Below, in pieces: positions 13,782 to 28,630 of a stretch of DNA of 64,000 nucleotides (position 1 is the stretch's first letter; the number at the start of each line of letters is the position of its first letter). A program made the position numbers and the translations under genes. Origin of the DNA: Podarcis tiliguerta (Eukaryota); the NCBI GenBank assembly GCA_965153285.1, contig OZ229111.1, one strand, 5' to 3'. A model generated the notes under the pieces. It worked only from the letters and a program-made list of their open reading frames with translations. It did not search any database and had not been told where the DNA came from.

Positions 13782-15484
13782 TAATCCTTGCACCTGAACA
13801 TGGGGTGGGGTAGAGAAATCGTCACTGACTTGAAATCATGGGCCCTTGGCTTCTCCTCCCATTTTCCATTGGGTTGTCAAAATACATTAGGGGACAAAAA
13901 AAGCCGTGTTCATTTGCTTAATGCCCATTTTTAATTGTACATTTCTGCAAATACAGCATTCACTTGAAATTACTTCTTAAATACATGTATATTTAAAATA
14001 TATACATTATACTAAAGATTATGTATAGGCAATCCCAAATGTACTGCTTAAGAGTGATACATTTTCACATGAGCTAACCACCAATACACACACACACCTA
14101 GGATACTCTGCGAGCAATCTCAAGTTATTGAGCCATTGTCTCTCCCAACTTCTACTGTTCAATATCTCTGCCATCCTCTGCCATCCATCACATTTCAGGA
14201 AACATCCAACTATATAATGGCAAGTTCATCTTACAAAGCAAGGCTTCAGTCCCAAAGCTGGCTTTTGAAAATATATTTCATTTTTGCCATTTTGCCACAA
14301 GCAGGTCTTTTAGTTCCAGCCGTACAGTAAGCATCAGAGAATCTGCTCAGTTCAATTCAAACTCTCTGTGACCCCAAAAGAATTAATGTGTGCCTGAAAT
14401 TCTGACAGTTAGCATCACGTGGAGTTTAAATTGACAGAGATGGATTGTCTGATGTGCAATATTTGGCAGAAGCCTGGGGTCTACGAAAACTAATTCCTTG
14501 AAGCTGGACTGAAGGGGGGGGGATCTGTGCTTATTTTGAATACAGGAAATTCAAGATCAGTCATGCCCAGGTGCGGTGGCAGATTCAGATTTGTTTAGTC
14601 CAATATGCAGCTAATTTGTTTCTCCATTCGCCCCCGTTGCACAGCTGCTGCCTGTGCAATACTAACGGTTAAACTTGAATAAGGTTACATTTGCATGTAC
14701 AGGTTACTTGCAGGGTTGGGGTGGGGAAGAACGAAATGTAGCCTTCTTTTACCTTGGTCACCAGATGTTGCCCTTTAAACTTGGGGTTGTAGCAAAAGAA
14801 AGGCAGTCATAGCTCCTGCCACCCACCCCCTCCTTAGACCTGCTGCCTGACCCCTTCAAATGGGTCTCCAGGTGTGCCAGGAAGCACAGCGGATGCTGGA
14901 GTGTGTATGCACAACAGGGCTCTGGAGTGGAATAGTTAGGAGAAGCTGCATCTGCCTTTTCTTCCACTTTCGCCGGAGATCTAAGAGTTTGGCCAAGGTA
15001 CCAATCCTGGTCAGGTTAAAGAGAACAAAAGGTGATTACTTTCAGAGTGAACAGAATTTTGCTAAACTTCCCAGATAGAAACAATTCCATTGAAATTGAG
15101 CATTTGATTAATTAAAAATATTTGGTTCTGAGGAAACGTCATTCAGCATCATGCTCATGAATACTTCTTTTAACATTTAAAATGGCAAGTGAGGATTTAG
15201 CCCTTTGTGTCCCATCCCTTCAGGAAGGACCTGGCAGATATATACTTTCAGAGATGTGAAGAATTTAGTAGGGACTCTAACTGGTTAGAGACCTTTGCTT
15301 TGATGCAAATCAAAAACCAATGCTACCTAAGAGCATAGGAACCTGCCTTATAGTGCGTCCAATTCTTTGGTTTTTCTACCTCAGATAAGAAAAGGTAATT
15401 TTACTCTGTGTGCAGCATGTGGTGGCTGAACCTGTGGGGATATTTTGTATGTGGGTGAAAATCTATTTGCCTTTCTACCCACAG

Positions 15485-15799
15485 GCCCTGTCACCTCGAC
15501 ACCACTCAGCACTACAACCACCGTTCGTCCCACCACCATCACCAGCACAGTCTCACCTGCCGCTACAACAACAACACGGCAGGTGCCCCTCACCACCCAC
15601 CCCATAGGTGCCATAAACCAGAAGGGTACAGAGCTTCACCCAGTCACCGCCATAATGCCCAGCACCCGGCGTCCACCAGCAAACAATCAGCACGTCTCTC
15701 CAGAGCTCTTCTGCGAGGCCAAGGAGGTGCGGCGTGTCCAGTGGCCAGCCACACAGCAAGGCATGCTGGTCGAAAGGCCTTGCCCTAAGGGAACACGAG
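15485..15799 (+). CDS. ADGRL1: ADGRL1 exon, Ser/Thr/Pro-rich linker and start of the hormone-receptor (HRM) domain
   Basis: cag|GCCCTG...CGAG|gtaatg, 315 nt. Encodes [12 protein letters not shown]...[32 protein letters not shown]. Confidence 0.96.
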
Positions 15800-16273
15800 G
15801 TAATGAGGTCTTTGCTCTAGAGCTGGCTTCATTTGAGTCCTAAAGAAGCTGGGACTCCGGCAGAGTGTATTCTTGCCAATGGTGCAAGGAGCAAACGGGG
15901 CTTACAGGATATTGCTTGTGACCCCACAGCACTCAGCTCAAGGAAAGTGTGACAGCTTGAACTGTTGCTATGACTTAATTCATTCACACAACTTTCTGCG
16001 ATGTGAACTCGGAGCTGGCAATTCTCAGTGGGATGAATTGGTCCTGCCATCCCCTGCTAACAGAACTCATCTTGTTATTGCCACAGTACTAAGCCATTTA
16101 TCCCTGCTCTGTACTCCTTGCTATATTAGTTAGATGTGAGAACTGGACTGTCTAGAAGAGAGCTCTTCATTCACTACTAAGGTTATGATTGCTCTCTGAG
16201 ACCCTTAATCTCTGGTCTAGTGTTGGGATAGGGTGGGGGGGAGGGGGAAACCAAGCAACTGGAAGCTGACTGA

Positions 16274-16982
<709 letters not shown>

Positions 16983-17374
16983 GCTTAGACAGTGGTTCTA
17001 GGGCTGGCAGGCAGGGAGCCTGACCCCAGTTCAAGCAAAAAAAATTGGTCTTGGGAGGGGGGAGAGCAATTCATCAAGTAAAGCTTTTTGCATGGTGAAG
17101 GTGTCACTGGTTGGATTTCTGCTTGTTGCGCAGCTTTTAAAAGTACAAGAGTCCAATAGGAAAAAAAGATGGCAACATGGTGTTGGGGGACAAGGAGTGG
17201 TAAAGGAAGATTGGTGCTTATAGGCATTGGAAGCAATGCATGTTGAGGCAGAAGGATGCCACTGAGAGTGAAGGGTTGGAGCTAGAAACCATGAACCTGC
17301 ATCCAGGTTTTACAATAACCATGGGATCTTTGAGCTTAGTGAAAGATTCTAGTTCTGTAATGGATGCCCTATTT

Positions 17375-17553
17375 CAGGGGTCGCCAACTCCCAAGAGACT
17401 GCAATCTACTCACAGTTAAAAACTGGCAGTGATCTACCCTCTTTTGGGGGGTTCAGGTCAAAGTTGTTGAGCTTCTTTAGGGGGAGCCAGTTATCTGCCA
17501 CAGACGTCCAGTGATCTACCGGTAGATCACGATCTACCTGTTGCACATCCTTG
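17375..17553. mobile_element. hAT MITE (GATCTAC-repeat family)
   Basis: CAGGGGTCGCCAAC ... GTTGCACATCCTTG, perfect 8-bp TSD CCCTATTT. A related inverted copy lies at 50716. Confidence 0.85.
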
Positions 17554-17959
17554 CCCTATTTTATGCTGTGTGATGCAATCCTAATAACAAATACCCACTT
17601 CTTAATAAATAGTCTGATGTGAGACTATTCAGCTTATGCTGAAAATGGCTACTTTTGAGGTGCAGTCCACCAAATGCTGCTGCTGTACAGCCACTCAAAC
17701 AGTCTTTCTAGCAAATGTAAATAAATCTTATCTAAATGTCCAATAAGATGTTGCTTTGGATCCACACTTTCATTCAGGATATGCCTTCATTATCTCTGCC
17801 TGTTGATGAGTGACTTCATGGCCAGAGCAAATGTGCTTAAGATTCCCATTGAACCTATCCCTGTGGCCCCTTCTTGCAGAAATTACGTTCTAATCATTTT
17901 CTCTCTCTTTGTCCACCTGAACCTTTGCTCACTTTCGGCATGGATGTATCACCCTGCAG

Positions 17960-17998
17960 ATGCACAAGAGAGAAAGGACATGTAAGGACTATATTAAG
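17960..17998 (+). CDS. ADGRL1: ADGRL1 39-nt exon (MHKRERTCKDYIK), GAIN domain
   Basis: cag|ATGCACAAGAGAGAAAGGACATGTAAGGACTATATTAAG|gtgagt, phase 0-0. Confidence 0.93.
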
Positions 17999-19387
17999 GT
18001 GAGTGTGATTAACAGGTCCTGTGGTTGAAACCCAGATAGGAGCTGCTACCCAAGAAGCAAAGTTTTTCTCAGTTTTGAATCTCACAGAGCAATCCAGGTC
18101 CTCAGTCAAACATGCTTGAGTGGAGCAGAGCTGTCCCCATGGGCAAGGCATGTCCCAGAGCTCCTGTCCAGATGATGGGTGGGCTGGTATTAACCAGTGG
18201 AAACTCCCCAAACACAGATGGGGCAGGACCTCAATGGAAAGGAGCCCAATCTGGGCCTCTTTAATGCATCAGCATGGGAGCTGTCGCAACATAGGGCCAT
18301 TTTAGAGTATGGGCTCATCCAGACTGCATTATTAGGCACATGCCTGCACTTTAAAGCTCTGTGTCTGAGCATTTTTTTATTTTTTGGTCCTAACACTTTC
18401 CCTGGGAAAACCCACCTCCACGTTCCTTTAAAAATCATGACAGATGCCCATTCCATAACTGGAGGCAGGGGAGGAAGAGAAAACACATAGATTCAAAGAA
18501 TATAACAAAATAGTATTTATTTTTTATTTTACTCTAAGAACACCACATAAAGACAACTCTCATAATACTAAAGGAAATCATGGTACATTATCATTATATT
18601 TCTGGTTCCAATAATGTACGAATAATAGCACTTTTCAACAGTGCTATCCATTTGTTGTTGATTTTCTTTTACTCTGATATAATTGGATCGCTTCATCATT
18701 TCAGCTGTTTTCCATAACTTCCCTAAATAGTCATCAAGTACATAATAAATTCAGCTACATTTTAAAAAGGAAAAGCACGAAATGACAGGGCATTTCTGTG
18801 GGCACATGGGCAATAAATACATGCTCTAGTGAAGAAATAATACAATGGAGAAGTGTTCAGACTCTAAAATGTGAAGGGAGAAAAGCAACCTAAAACAGTT
18901 ACAAATGGCATAGACATTTAGATACGGGATTGTTCTGCTCATCATTGAGCTCAACAAAGGCAATTTCTAGTAGGTGCCTGTGCAATACACATAACTGCAT
19001 TACCAAAGGCAGTTGATTGCAATGCCTGTGCTGTTCAGGGGAAGAATTTCCCCAGCTATGGAATATTTGGAAAATATCATACCCCCTTACAATGGAAGGG
19101 CTGCTTGGAGGGAGAATGTCCAATTCCTATACAACAAAGGAGTAACAAATACATGGTTCATGCACAATTTTTATTTTTATTTTTTTAAAATCCCAATACT
19201 ACTTGTAAAATTATACTCAAAGCAGCCTGGAAAGAATTGTCAGGTGGTGACAGCGATGCCACCACGCAAAGACACATGAATGTTTTCTCTCTGTGAGAGG
19301 AGGCATCTGTAGCTGGTTTATTATACAATGGGAAGCTAGAGGAAGGGGGGTGCTTCCATCCTCTCTCAGAGCTCTATGTCATTCTAG

Positions 19388-19789
<402 letters not shown>

Positions 19790-20234
19790 TAAGTATGGAA
19801 AAAGCCCTTATTTATATGCACTGGGATTGTCCTTAAAGCACGTCTACTGCTACCATGCAAATGTACCATGGAGATCTGTTGTGTAGTGCATTGGACAAAT
19901 TTCTTACCTGCACATTGCTGCCATTTCGAAAGTTGCACAGATTCTGTTTCCTTATGAGTTCCTATATGTCCAGTAAGAGGTATGTGTGCATTAGTTACTC
20001 AGGACAATGTATATGCAGGGTACATACACCAATGGCGTGGAAATGAACCCACAATACCTCCAAGGTATGCCTATATTGCAAGCACTAGCTTTCAGGGGAT
20101 GGAAAGAGGCATTGTATTAAAGAGGCATTGTCTCTGCACCCCAACCCAGGAACTAGCTTCGAGTGGGAAAGCAGCTGAAAATGCATTGCCTTGAAACCTG
20201 TGTGAGTTTGGGGAGGCAGAGTGTCTAAGCCAAC

Positions 20235-20366
20235 AATAGGAAACCCGTGGCTCTCCAAATATTGTTAGACTACAACTCCCATCATCCCTGGCTGCTGGCT
20301 GTGGTGGCCACGGATGATAGAAGCTGGAGTCCAATAACATCTGGAGAACCATATATTCCCAATCCT
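20235..20366. mobile_element. Degenerate hAT MITE
   Basis: Palindromic core gactacaactcccatcatccct...ggatgatagaagctggagtccaataacatctggag. Confidence 0.6.
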
Positions 20367-21825
20367 TTCTCCTTGCCTGCTGTGACGACACCAAACCGTA
20401 CCGTTGTACGTGGAGAACCTTCAAGATGGCAGAGCTTCACTGAAGAAATCCAACCCTAGTGCTACACTGAAGACAGTTCAGGAGGGCAGCAGAGTGAAGA
20501 GGTGCAGTTTGAGGTGCTGAAGCAAGTAGAGAAGAAAAGGGCAGGAGGAGCTGGAGCACATGGAGGGAGGGGAAGGCTGGAATTAGGGGAGGCAAAAAGG
20601 AATAGAGTAGACAGGCAGAAGGGCGAGTAATGTGAGGAGGGAGAGATGGATGCCCTCTCCGCCCCCCACCCGCTAAATTCCTAGTGCATTTCCCTGCACA
20701 CATTTATATAAGCACCGGTCTTGTGTGGGTCTCTTGTTCCTGCTGGATTTCCAATGCAGCTCTCTTCTATGGCTGTGCACACACTGAAAGTCCCACATAC
20801 CGACAGGCACTGTACTGTTTAATAATACATGTCAGTATCTGTTGATGTTCACTCTAAATTGTTTGGCTCTTGCACAAGAAGAAGGAACTGCTTATGGCAG
20901 AAGGTAAGGCTGAGGCAAAAACTATAAAATTACATCAGGGAACCAATTAAGCATGTTAGCCTGCACTATTGAAGGAGGGAAAACCCACCCATGTTTTATG
21001 CCTTGAATAACCACTAATGAGATAGAATCCATTAGTACAACTATTGCCAAACCTTTCAACAGCATCATCCAAACCATTTTATTACAAGTGAGCATTCTAC
21101 CAGGTGTTACTAGCTTCGTCAGAACTGTCAAAGAATCTAGACAATTATGGTTGTGCAAGCTAATTCTCTTTTTGTGCAGACAATTCTAGTAGTCATGTTC
21201 TTCAGCACTATAAACTGACAGCTTTCTCAAGCATCTTCTGGGGGGCGGGGGGAAGGACTTTCATTTCTGGTAGGAAACCTAACCCAAAGCTCTTAAAACA
21301 AAACATTAAAGCCTAGTCTTCTGAAAATCCTCTCCTGTATGTCACTGCTGCTTGGATTAAGTGACCCCAGAGCAGCAGTGCAAGCAATAAAATTCCAAAA
21401 TAGCTCAGGCTATTTAGACAAAGAAAGAGAACAGCAATTCATAAGTGAGTGGAAATAACAAATCAAAGGAAGAAACAGGCAGGAGTGGTACAGATGCCTG
21501 CACAGAATTTTTGCATTTAGCACATTACTCACCATAGAGATGTGGGCAAAACAAAACAAAAACTACCGCCAAATATAGTGTTAGCAGCCACAAAATAGGG
21601 ATGGCAATTTGGTGTCCACAGAGCATTTCGAGGACAGATGTATAATTTGAAACAGGCTCGCTCCATGTCTGCTCAGGTAGTCCAGAGATGAGGTAACATG
21701 TGAAAGGTATGTGCTCTGCTTATGGGGCGGGGAATCAAATTAAAAAGAGGATAATTTAAAATTGTTCCGAATATTGTGCCTCTGTTTCCTGCTTATAATC
21801 ATCTCGCTCTTCCTCCTCATTGCAG

Positions 21826-21948
21826 TGCTGGAGGTGTCAGTGTTGAATACAGAGGGACAAGTGCCAGATATTGTTTTCCCACATGAGTATACCACCAAGA
21901 ATTCCATCCAACTGTCAGCCAACACTATCAAGCAAAACAGTCGTAATG
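21826..21948 (+). CDS. ADGRL1: ADGRL1 exon, GAIN domain
   Basis: cag|TGCTGG...AATG|gtgagc, 123 nt. Encodes [19 protein letters not shown]...[15 protein letters not shown]. Confidence 0.96.
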
Positions 21949-22085
21949 GTGAGCGGGGAACGAAATTCGGGGAGGGAAAGGGACGCCAGGATCTCAAAGA
22001 CCTTTTCTCTAATGTGATGAGAACCACGTTTGCCTCTTTTTGTGGTGCAATATCATGGCCCTGATTCCCTTTCTTCTCTCTTCAG

Positions 22086-22291
22086 GGGTGGTCAAGGTTG
22101 TCTTCATTCTCTACAAAAATTTGGGGTTTTTCCTCTCTACTGAGAATGCCACCATCAAGCTGGGTAGTGAGGTTGGTTCAATTAGCCCCTCACTTGTTGT
22201 CAACTCACAAGTTATTGCTGCCTCCATCAACAAGGAATCTAGCCGCGTCTTCCTGATGGACCCTGTCATCTTTACCCTCTCCCACCTGGAG
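22086..22291 (+). CDS. ADGRL1: ADGRL1 exon, GAIN domain
   Basis: cag|GGGTGG...GGAG|gtgaga, 206 nt. Encodes [23 protein letters not shown]...[31 protein letters not shown]. Confidence 0.96.
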
Positions 22292-22599
22292 GTGAGACTT
22301 GCGTGACATCTGGAACCAGTGTGCTCATTCCCCCATTTTTGGCACATCCTAGGGCATGCCCCACTATGGCACTTGGTGGTCTGTATCCTATCTCTGCAAA
22401 CATACACCCAACATTGGAAACTCTATGCTTTGTAAGTGCATTGACGCTGATGTTTTGATTGTGTACCAATTCATTCCCATTCTCTCCAGAATGAACCATT
22501 TTCCTGTATCCCAACTTCTCAAAGCCTAGGGCCCCTCTACTGCTCTGGCTTCACCCCACGTAATTGACCATTCTTACAGGCATATTTTTTCCCATGTAG

Positions 22600-22923
<324 letters not shown>

Positions 22924-23181
22924 TAACCCAGAAAATCAGGGTGGTCATTATTCTTACATGAAACACTGGGAGTTGGTTCTTTCCCTGTTTGTAATAAAGA
23001 TGCACTGGATTAACAGTTACTTGGAGGGTGGCAGTTTACTAGATGGAGACAGTCCATTGGCAGAGGACGGTAAATTAAGTGCTACCAGTATTACCTAAAA
23101 TTTCAACTCTACAACAGGGGAGAGTACATAACAGGAGAGGAAAGCTGTGCACATCTAGCCTCATTCCGCTTTTCCTTTCAG

Positions 23182-23391
23182 TACCAGGGCCGCATCAATG
23201 GGCTGCTGTTGTCTGTCATCACGTGGGTGGGCATTGTGATTTCCCTGGTCTGCTTGGCCATTTGCATCTCCACTTTCTGCTTCCTGCGTGGGCTGCAGAC
23301 TGACCGCAACACCATCCACAAGAACCTCTGCATAAATCTCTTCATCACTGAACTCCTCTTTCTCATCGGCATTGATAAGACACAGTATGAG
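23182..23391 (+). CDS. ADGRL1: ADGRL1 exon, TM1-TM2
   Basis: cag|TACCAG...TGAG|gtgcgt, 210 nt. Encodes [54 protein letters not shown]...DKTQYE. Confidence 0.97.
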
Positions 23392-24020
23392 GTGCGTGAC
23401 AATCTCCCCTCAGAGCAACGCCAAAATCACCACGGCATATTCCTCTGCATGGAGGGAGTTGAGAGAGTCACCAAGGGGCATGTGGTACAATAGGACAGGA
23501 TGGAGATCCCACTGGGGAACATTTGACTTTGCCAAGTCAGTGCAGCCACAGAGGGGAGGGGGTAACAGGAAGGGGATATCTGCAGGAAGTTTCAGTCTCA
23601 CTCTAGAGCAGACTCAGTTTACCAGGCATGGGCATGTTCTTGTTCGTGACAGAAGCAACACCTGGGAAGTGGACAGTTAACACACTTGTTCCCCTCTGCT
23701 TAAGTCACCACTGCTGCCGGGAACAGCCAGGTGTCACAGACATGTCCAGTTGTCATGAGGAGGTGCTGCAGACCCAGGGACGAAATTGTGTGCATTTGCA
23801 GGGTACAAGGGTGGGCATTTCCTCCTTGTGGTCACTACACAACTTTTAAAAGTGCAGCACCTTTCCCAATCATCACTGCCTTAAAAAAAAAAAAATATTG
23901 TGTGCTTTTTTTTTTTATTAGTCAGAAAAACAGGATATTTTAAATTAATTCAGTAAATGCATTACAAAAAGAGGCATTGTGCTGATGGGATTTTTTTCTG
24001 TCTCTCCCCTTCCATCCCAG

Positions 24021-24241
24021 ATTGCCTGCCCCATCTTTGCAGGGCTGCTGCACTACTTCTTCCTGGCAGCGTTCTCCTGGATGTGCCTGGAAGCCATCCA
24101 CCTTTACCTCATGCTGGTTGAGGTTTTTGAGAGCGAATACTCCCGCAAGAAGTACTACTACTTGGGGGGCTATTGCTTCCCTGCGCTGGTAGTGGGTATT
24201 GCTGCCGCCATTGACTACCGCAGTTATGGCACCGAGAAAGC
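24021..24241 (+). CDS. ADGRL1: ADGRL1 exon, TM3-TM4
   Basis: cag|ATTGCC...AAGC|gtgagt, 221 nt. Encodes [47 protein letters not shown]...[10 protein letters not shown]. Confidence 0.97.
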
Positions 24242-24995
24242 GTGAGTACATGGAAGGCCAAAGGGAGAGGCTAGTGGAGGGTGCATGGCAATGATAAAAA
24301 CAGGAGGTTGAGGCATAACTGGGGGATGGGGGGGGCTAGTACACTGCACACATAACTCTATGCTAACTGTGGGGGGAGGAGCGCCACAGTAGAGGTTGCC
24401 AATGTGACATTTAGGGACACCCTGGCAATCTTCCCCTGACACCCATGAAGCTTCTGAGCTGCCCTGCCCCCTTGATCATGAGGTGGTGAAGATGATTACC
24501 TCTTCTCTCTTGAAGAGTACATAGTAGGAAGTTGGAAGAGTGACAGTCTCTCCCCTTCCTCTTTTAGTTCTATGCTCTTTTTCAGGCTTATATTTTCTAC
24601 TATAGCTGACTTACCCAGACTTCCTCTCTCTCTCTCTCTCGGGGGAGGCAGGGCAGGGTGAACCAAGGGAGTGAGGAAAGATGTGGCCAGAGGGGATGGT
24701 GCCCACAGCACTTGCTCAGAAACCCAAATTTGCCCATGAGCCTGAAAAGGTTGGCAACAGAACTGGCAAAACAAGATTAGAGGTGGGTTTGGGTGACTTG
24801 AAAGATACGGGATGAGAAGTCCTTTAATGGATGTTATGACAGAGGGGCAGGGCAGAAGAATGAGCAGAGAACAGGCAAGGTTTTGACAGCACATTTCTGG
24901 GTGAGTGTCATCTCGTGCCAATAAGCACTCAGGCAATCAAGCCTTGAGGTGTTTTTCCTGCTTCCATCTGACACTTCCCTGCTCTCTTTTGGCAG

Positions 24996-25062
24996 ATGTT
25001 GGCTTCGAGTTGATAACTACTTCATCTGGACCTTCATTGGGCCTGTCTCTTCTGTCATTGTG
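24996..25062 (+). CDS. ADGRL1: ADGRL1 exon, ECL2-TM5
   Basis: cag|ATGTTG...TGTG|gtgagt, 67 nt. Encodes [22 protein letters not shown]. Confidence 0.95.
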
Positions 25063-25399
25063 GTGAGTCACTAGGGATTGTTTGGGAATAGACACTCAAG
25101 GATTTCCCTTATCAGTCGATCAGAGTCCCACCAAGTTGAGGAGAGAACCGGAGCCCTTGCTCTCCTCCTCAACCCATCATTAGACCTCCCTTTTTCTTCC
25201 CAGATTTAAGAAGAGTGCCTGGGTGTAGGGTGTGTTTTCAACTTTCAAATTCCAAATATGAGAGGTGCTTAAAAGTTGCAACATGACTTGGGAATTCAAA
25301 AGACATTTTGGTTACATAAATATAATTTAGGTTTTCTTGGTAAGCAGAATGTGTGTAAAGTTGTGTAGAAATCACTGAAAGTGGTTGCCAAGTACTTGC

Positions 25400-25401
<2 letters not shown>

Positions 25402-25441
<40 letters not shown>

Positions 25442-25442
25442 T
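25402..25442. repeat. (TAT)n microsatellite
   Basis: About 13 tandem TAT units. Confidence 0.95.
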
Positions 25443-25831
25443 ACATTACCTGACATTTTCAGAAGGTAAAATTAAAATTCTTTAGTTTTCTGAAAGCAGT
25501 TTAATTGCTTCTTCATCAAGTGTAGTCTTGCCAAGCTGAATGTTGTCCAATCACAAAAATAATAAAAGATTCGAATTCCTCACACCCCAAAGCTTATTTT
25601 TAAGACCCCTCACTGAAGAAATTTGCAAAAATTAAGTTTCATCTCCAAAAATGGCATGTCCTAGCCTGGGATGTCACCTTGCTCATTCCTTCCCATCACA
25701 CACAGACAATGACACTGACAAACCCTTTCCCCTGCATCTGGGGAAAGCCACTAGCAGGGGAAAGTGGGAGGTGCTTTTTTTGCAGAGGACTCCCTTTCCC
25801 CTGCTCACATCCATCTGTACACATCCCCCAG

Positions 25832-25923
25832 ATCAACCTGGTGTTCCTCATGATCACTCTGCACAAGATGATCCGCAACACGTCGGTCCTCAAGCCTGAC
25901 TCCAGCCGACTGGACAACATCAA
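25832..25923 (+). CDS. ADGRL1: ADGRL1 exon, TM5-ICL3
   Basis: cag|ATCAAC...TCAA|gtgagt, 92 nt. Encodes [31 protein letters not shown]. Confidence 0.96.
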
Positions 25924-28228
25924 GTGAGTTTATGTTTGGATTCCTTTTCATCCTCTGGCTTAAATCCAAACTTCTCCCTACTTTAATAGCACACCTCCAG
26001 TGCCTTCAGATTCCTGTGGTGCCTTGTATTTGGTTCTTCTAAAACAGCTTAGTGGGACAAAGCCAGAGCAGAGAAAACAGACAACTTGGGGTTTAAAGGG
26101 ACCGGACTCTTGCCCAGACCATGCTATCGAGGACCCCATCTGTCTCAGGAGTGTCTCACTCAGCTGAGTGGCCTACAGCTGGGAGTAAACAGGCTAGAGG
26201 CCAAAACATAGTGCTTTATGGGCTCAGATGATCCTTTCAGAATGCTGGGATATGGGTTGACTCACTCAGCTTACACTGGGTAACATTATGAAGCTTTTGT
26301 TTGATCACTTCACCAAAGGCTTTGGACTGCTGGCCATCTTTATGTCGAGTAGATCTTTCTTTCTTTTCCTTTCTCTTTCTCACGACCCACCACGCTGCAA
26401 AGGCTCCTGTGAAACCAGCATTCTCTCGTTTTAAGAGAGTGTCCTTATATTCAGGAAAGGAATTGTCACCCTCTCAGATGAACAGAGTGAGGCTGCTTCA
26501 TTCAGTCAGCACAGTGGAGCTGTCTGAGTCAAGCAGCAAATGAGGTTAGAGTTCTGACACTTTGAGGGAATTTGTCAAGCTCAGTGCTGCAAATAGCCTG
26601 CAAATGCCAGTCTGTCAAAAGCCATGCGTTACTCACAAGTTCACATCTTCTTACACTCATTCATACAAAATAATCTAGAGGTGGGGAGAACACCCTGGTT
26701 AATGCTGAGTTAAGGTTAAAAAAAAAATACTCATAGCTTAAAGTCTACTAAGCAGAGAAATGCAGTTCAGCTAATCCTAACAGCTTTATAAACTACCTTT
26801 ACCTTGCCCAAGTGACCCAGAACAATACTTAACCCAGGTAGCTGGGCAAGTGCTGTGGACAGAGGAGGCTGCTGAACCTCTCAAGAATCCAGAGGAGCCC
26901 AGTAAAAAAGAAAGAGAGCTGGGAAGCTCAAACATTAATGAAAACTGAACTAAGAAAGTATGAACCTCATGGAACCAAGGAAGGGCGGAAAGGGTAGACC
27001 ACACTTTCTCTGTGCTATTGCCCTGATCCAAATCACACAGCCCTCTGTATGGACATGCACACAAACGGTTGCTCTTTGTTAAAAAGAAAAATTAAAGTAA
27101 CAGAACTCCAAGTCGCATGTATTTTGATCCTAATTTGCAGGTTACCTCTTACAAAATTTATTAGAGCCTAACTATGTAAACATTGAGTAAGCCTTACTGA
27201 TTTAAGTTGGCTATATTTCAAAATAACCATATTTTTGATTGCAGCCTTAATTTTGCTAATTAACACTGTTACTGGCAATATAACCATTACTTCTATCTAC
27301 CAGCCCAGTTTTTACATGCTTGCTTGTCCTGCTCTTTTTAGTTAATTTACCAAAGAGTTCCGGTGCATTTGTTTACTGCTGGTGTGGTTTTGCAGCCTGC
27401 TTCCTGCCGTCTTTCTGTGTTTATTTTAGTTGCCAAATCTCAGTCAGAAATAAACACAGCAACACTTTGTGGTTTTAGTTTTGTCTTTTTCATCCGAAGT
27501 ACAAATAGACAGTTGATCACTTCTTTCCACTCAAAGAGCAAAGATTGTGAGGACTGACAGTAAGAGGATACTCCTGAGCCAATCCTAACCATGTTTGCTT
27601 GGAAGTCAGTCTAGCCTCCGTCTCTTGGGCACCTACTAGAGAGTGCCTTTGATCTCACGGCTGACGAGCGACAAATATATGGCCATGCCATTTCACAGCC
27701 TTTCATTTTGAAAAGCCCCTTTAGAGTCTGAGCACACTCAAGTGTGGAAGTGCTTATGAAGCTTTAAGAGAGAGAAAACAAAAAACAAGCAAACGAATGG
27801 TCGAGCGACCACCAAACTAACATTTGGGACTATGGTGTGTTGTTAGGAAATGGCAGGTAGTACACAAGTCCCATGATTTGTGTTTGTATTCAACAAATGG
27901 AAGCCGTTTGTAACAACAAAGGTTAGATGTAAAGGAGGCAGTTTGGTCAACATTTCTGGGCCAAGAATAACTGGAGGTCTGTAGTAACAATTTGGCTGGT
28001 AATTCTTAGACATACAACTCCCTCACTAGCAAACCATGGGAGAATGTCCCACATGCTGACTTCCTTGCCCATCTTTCTCTCTCCATCCCCCTAACATTGT
28101 CTCACTGTTTCTTTGGTGCCAGAAGTTGTACAGAGGCATCTATAGCATAACAGCAGGGAGATGTGAGACTAGTTTTGCTCTGGTGAGGACTCCCAACTCC
28201 CTGAACTCACTAGTGTCTCCTTCTACAG

Positions 28229-28397
28229 GTCTTGGGCACTCGGGGCAATCACTCTCCTTTTTCTCCTGGGCCTCACCTGGGCTTTTGGTCTCCTCTTCAT
28301 CAACAAGGAGTCTGTTGTCATGGCCTATCTCTTCACCACCTTCAATGCTTTCCAGGGCATGTTCATCTTCGTGTTTCATTGTGCACTGCAGAAAAAG
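28229..28397 (+). CDS. ADGRL1: ADGRL1 exon, TM6-TM7
   Basis: cag|GTCTTG...AAAG|gtaagt, 169 nt. Encodes [56 protein letters not shown]. Confidence 0.97.
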
Positions 28398-28404
28398 GTA
28401 AGTA

Positions 28405-28630
28405 CAGTGGTACCTCGGTTTACATACGCTTCAGGTTACAGACTCCGCTAACCCAGAAATATTACCTCGGGTTAAGAACTTTGATTCAGGATGAGAACAG
28501 AAATCGGGCTCCAGCAGCCCAAAGGCAGCAGGAGGCCCCATTAGCTAAAGTGGTGCTTCAGGTTAAGTACAGTTTCAGGTTAAGAACGGACCTCCCGAAC
28601 AAATTAAGTACTTAACCAGAGGTACCACTG
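28405..28630. mobile_element. Tc1/mariner (Tigger/pogo-like) MITE, family A
   Basis: TIRs CAGTGGTACCTC...GAGGTACCACTG with TA target duplication. It is the reverse complement of the copies at 52137 and 63491. Confidence 0.9.
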
